DNA of 63,094 nt, filler included, from Cladosporium halotolerans (lineage: Eukaryota): NCBI RefSeq assembly GCF_011745625.1. It is 19 parts of 19 records of this genome, joined end to end, with 100 filler letters (N's around TTAATTAATTAA, not from the genome) between each part and the next. Parts side by side here need not be neighbours in the genome. Positions count along the whole stretch, not along the records: positions 60,129 to 63,094 come from NW_027191736.1; 18 more parts are not named here. One strand, given 5' to 3'. A program made the position numbers and the translations under genes. A model generated the notes under the pieces. The model did no database searches and was not told the origin of the DNA. It saw only the letters and a program-made list of their open reading frames with translations. This document shows positions 61,117 through 63,094 of the stretch, in pieces. Each line of letters opens with the position of its first letter. Position 1 is the first letter of the stretch.

Positions 61117-63094
61117 TTACTTCATCCTCCCAGCTTCAGCGAACCCAGTTGAAGGCAGTGATGTCCAGGCTTCTGGCCAGCCGAATATCACTGGTGCCAA
61201 TCCGCATCGCTTGAAGAAAACCAACCCATTTACCCAATCCATAGAGTCTAGTACAGGAACGCCTTCCACCTGCTGAGTGATTCGCACCTTGAGCGATAGA
61301 TAATTTCGTCGCCAACGATTATCTACATCTATTCCTGCGTGCCAGGATGTGAATATTGCTGTGTTGTCACGCCATTTACCGATAAATATGCCGCAGTCGT
61401 TCGGTGCATGCTTCTGAGATGGCCACTTGCACAGGAAAATCAATGCGAATAGCTGCCACAGCCGAGTCTGCCATCAGGCCCTTGTAATTTCTCGCTGCTT
61501 TGGGTCTTTCATTGACCATGTCAGCTTCGAGGTATCCTTCAATATTTGAACGTAGAAGATCAAAGCCCTCCATACGCAAGATGTTAGTTAGCTGAAGGAA
61601 ACAGTCCCTCTGAAAATCGTTCAGTCCTCGGGAATGGCGTTTACGAATCTAATGGCGACAACGAGGCCATTGAGAGGGCCATATTGACACCCCGACGCGG
61701 TGCCACAGATATCCTTCCGTCAAACGTCCGGACCTGTAGAGCGACACACGGACAAGTCGGCATTGTTTCAATAACAATAAGTGCTTTATTTTTTCCGGCG
61801 GCGCGAATTTGTTGAAAGCGATGTATTGAATGTAGTTTGTGATGACCATTTCTTTACGGCATTTTTTGATCTTTTGTCCGTTTCGAAGAATCTTCCCATT
61901 AAGGAGGTACAAGGTCAGCAAGCAGAGATCGACGCTGTAATCTCGGTGACGCATCTCTTTTGAGACAAGGCGGACACCATATTTATAGCTATTTGCTACG
62001 ATCGGCAGCCTATTCAACTTTTCGTCAAGCTTTCTGCGTTGGATGTCTGCAAATAGCCTTGCCGGCATCGCTCTTCTTTTCGCATCGATTTGGAACGGGT
62101 ATTGTACCGCATATCTACCAAATCTTTTCAGCATCTCCGCACATATCTTTCCAGATCCGTCGCGTGTCTCGCACTTGAATGCAAGTAAGAACAGCGTTGC
62201 TTGTTTGCGGAACTCGCATGCCTCAAAACAAATTTCGCCTTGCAAAGAGCCAAATTGTCGTCTCACCTTTATTCATGGTTGCTGTCGGATGGGTAAACCC
62301 ATCTTAATTTATGACAGGTATTCTTCTTGGGAAATCCAGGCTCTTTTCCACGAGCGATTCATGGATAGGTGAGCAAGCACATCAGAAACTCCTTGTGGCA
62401 AGTCAAATCGCGAAGGGTGAGCAAGTCTAAGGTAGTCTTGGTCGTCTTCTTGGATAGTAGCGTACCACATCTGTTGATCATTCTCTGATCAGTAGCATCG
62501 TACGCACGATCATTCTCATACATTATCTACATTCTCGAGGTAAGGACTGCATATTTGTAGCCATCCTGAAACACCAGCGTATGATAAGCTGATAACAGCT
62601 GCAGTGTTTCGGGGCAGGAACCCAGTTTCACAACAAGATAACAGCTGCAGCGTTTAGGGGCAGCACCCCAGTTTCACAACACCATCATCAGTGCTTAGAG
62701 ACAATTGATTCCGTTCTGGTTTTGTAGAATGATCACCAAAAGGCGTATGGTGTATCTGCTCCCACTGTAGACAAGATCCATTGAATCCATGGCAATTTGT
62801 TTCTCTTCTGAATCACGTTGGGGACTGCATTCCTTGCCCACCCAGAAACGGCGCACGCCTTTTGCTTTGGCGTAGGCGAAAACTCGCTCAAGTACTTGGT
62901 CGCGGACCCTGCTACGGCGAGGATATCTGCCTTGAAATCCGAAGACAGCGTAGCTACCTTTCTTCGTGTCCTCGGGCCCAGGTGTAGGTGTACAGGAGTA
63001 TGACATCGCAATATAGTACCTCTCCCTTTCATACTGAAATGGCTTTCTGACGCGCAACATATTTGAACCCTCCTTGGGAACTTCGACGCACGCC
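61117..63094 (-). pseudogene. HET-domain (PF06985-like) gene disrupted by an LTR, stops and frameshifts
   Basis: YIAMSY...VRDQVLERVFAYA...FWVGKECSPQRDSEEKQIAMDSMDLVYS, then RSWKRAWISQEEYLS after the LTR. Confidence 0.85.
62472..62681 (-). mobile_element. Solo LTR-B (62472-62635) preceded by a 46-bp duplicated LTR 5' end (62636-62681)
   Basis: On the minus strand the flanks are GATGG and GATGT, a 5-bp TSD with one mismatch. The paralogue in contig 5 retains GATGG. Confidence 0.9.

Noticed and set aside
14020..63094. Reading the whole window as one Starship or genomic island (FRE, HET, helicases, TEs)
   Set aside because: The genes sit on separate size-sorted contigs, there is no linkage evidence, and no DUF3435 captain was recognised.

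Overview
This is fungal (filamentous ascomycete, probably Hypocreales; inferred from intron signals and gene content) draft-assembly sequence. It is not one locus. It consists of 19 unplaced contigs of about 3.0-3.45 kb, sorted by decreasing length and joined by 18 artificial 100-bp linkers (N44-TTAATTAATTAA-N44), so adjacency across linkers has no biological meaning. The content is typical of repeat-rich accessory DNA. Mobile elements: three end-to-end hAT transposons, three further hAT termini or partial elements, a Ty1/copia 5' half, several solo LTRs, a Tad1-like LINE plus a LINE relic, and a DD34E Tc1/IS630 transposase with a convergent partner ORF. Degraded genes: two RecQ/TLH-like helicase relics and two HET-domain pseudogene copies. 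Other host or accessory genes: a secreted protein, an FSH1 hydrolase, an NRPS-like T-R reductase relic, an APC permease, a ferric reductase-like gene, a hemerythrin, two methyltransferases, and ATP-grasp-like, GFA and transcription-factor relics. Best novelty candidates: (1) the region upstream of the RecQ-like helicases carries, in three independent copies, an R[H/Q]...H-x8-Y motif with the exact tyrosine-recombinase His-to-Tyr spacing, and one copy has a sharp junction into another element's end, suggesting a YR+RecQ mobile element; (2) a copia element with a 62-bp LTR, present as a perfect inverted pair around a 362-bp LTR-PBS-PPT segment; (3) a two-gene Tc1-like element. No database searches were possible, so all family calls rest on motif recognition.
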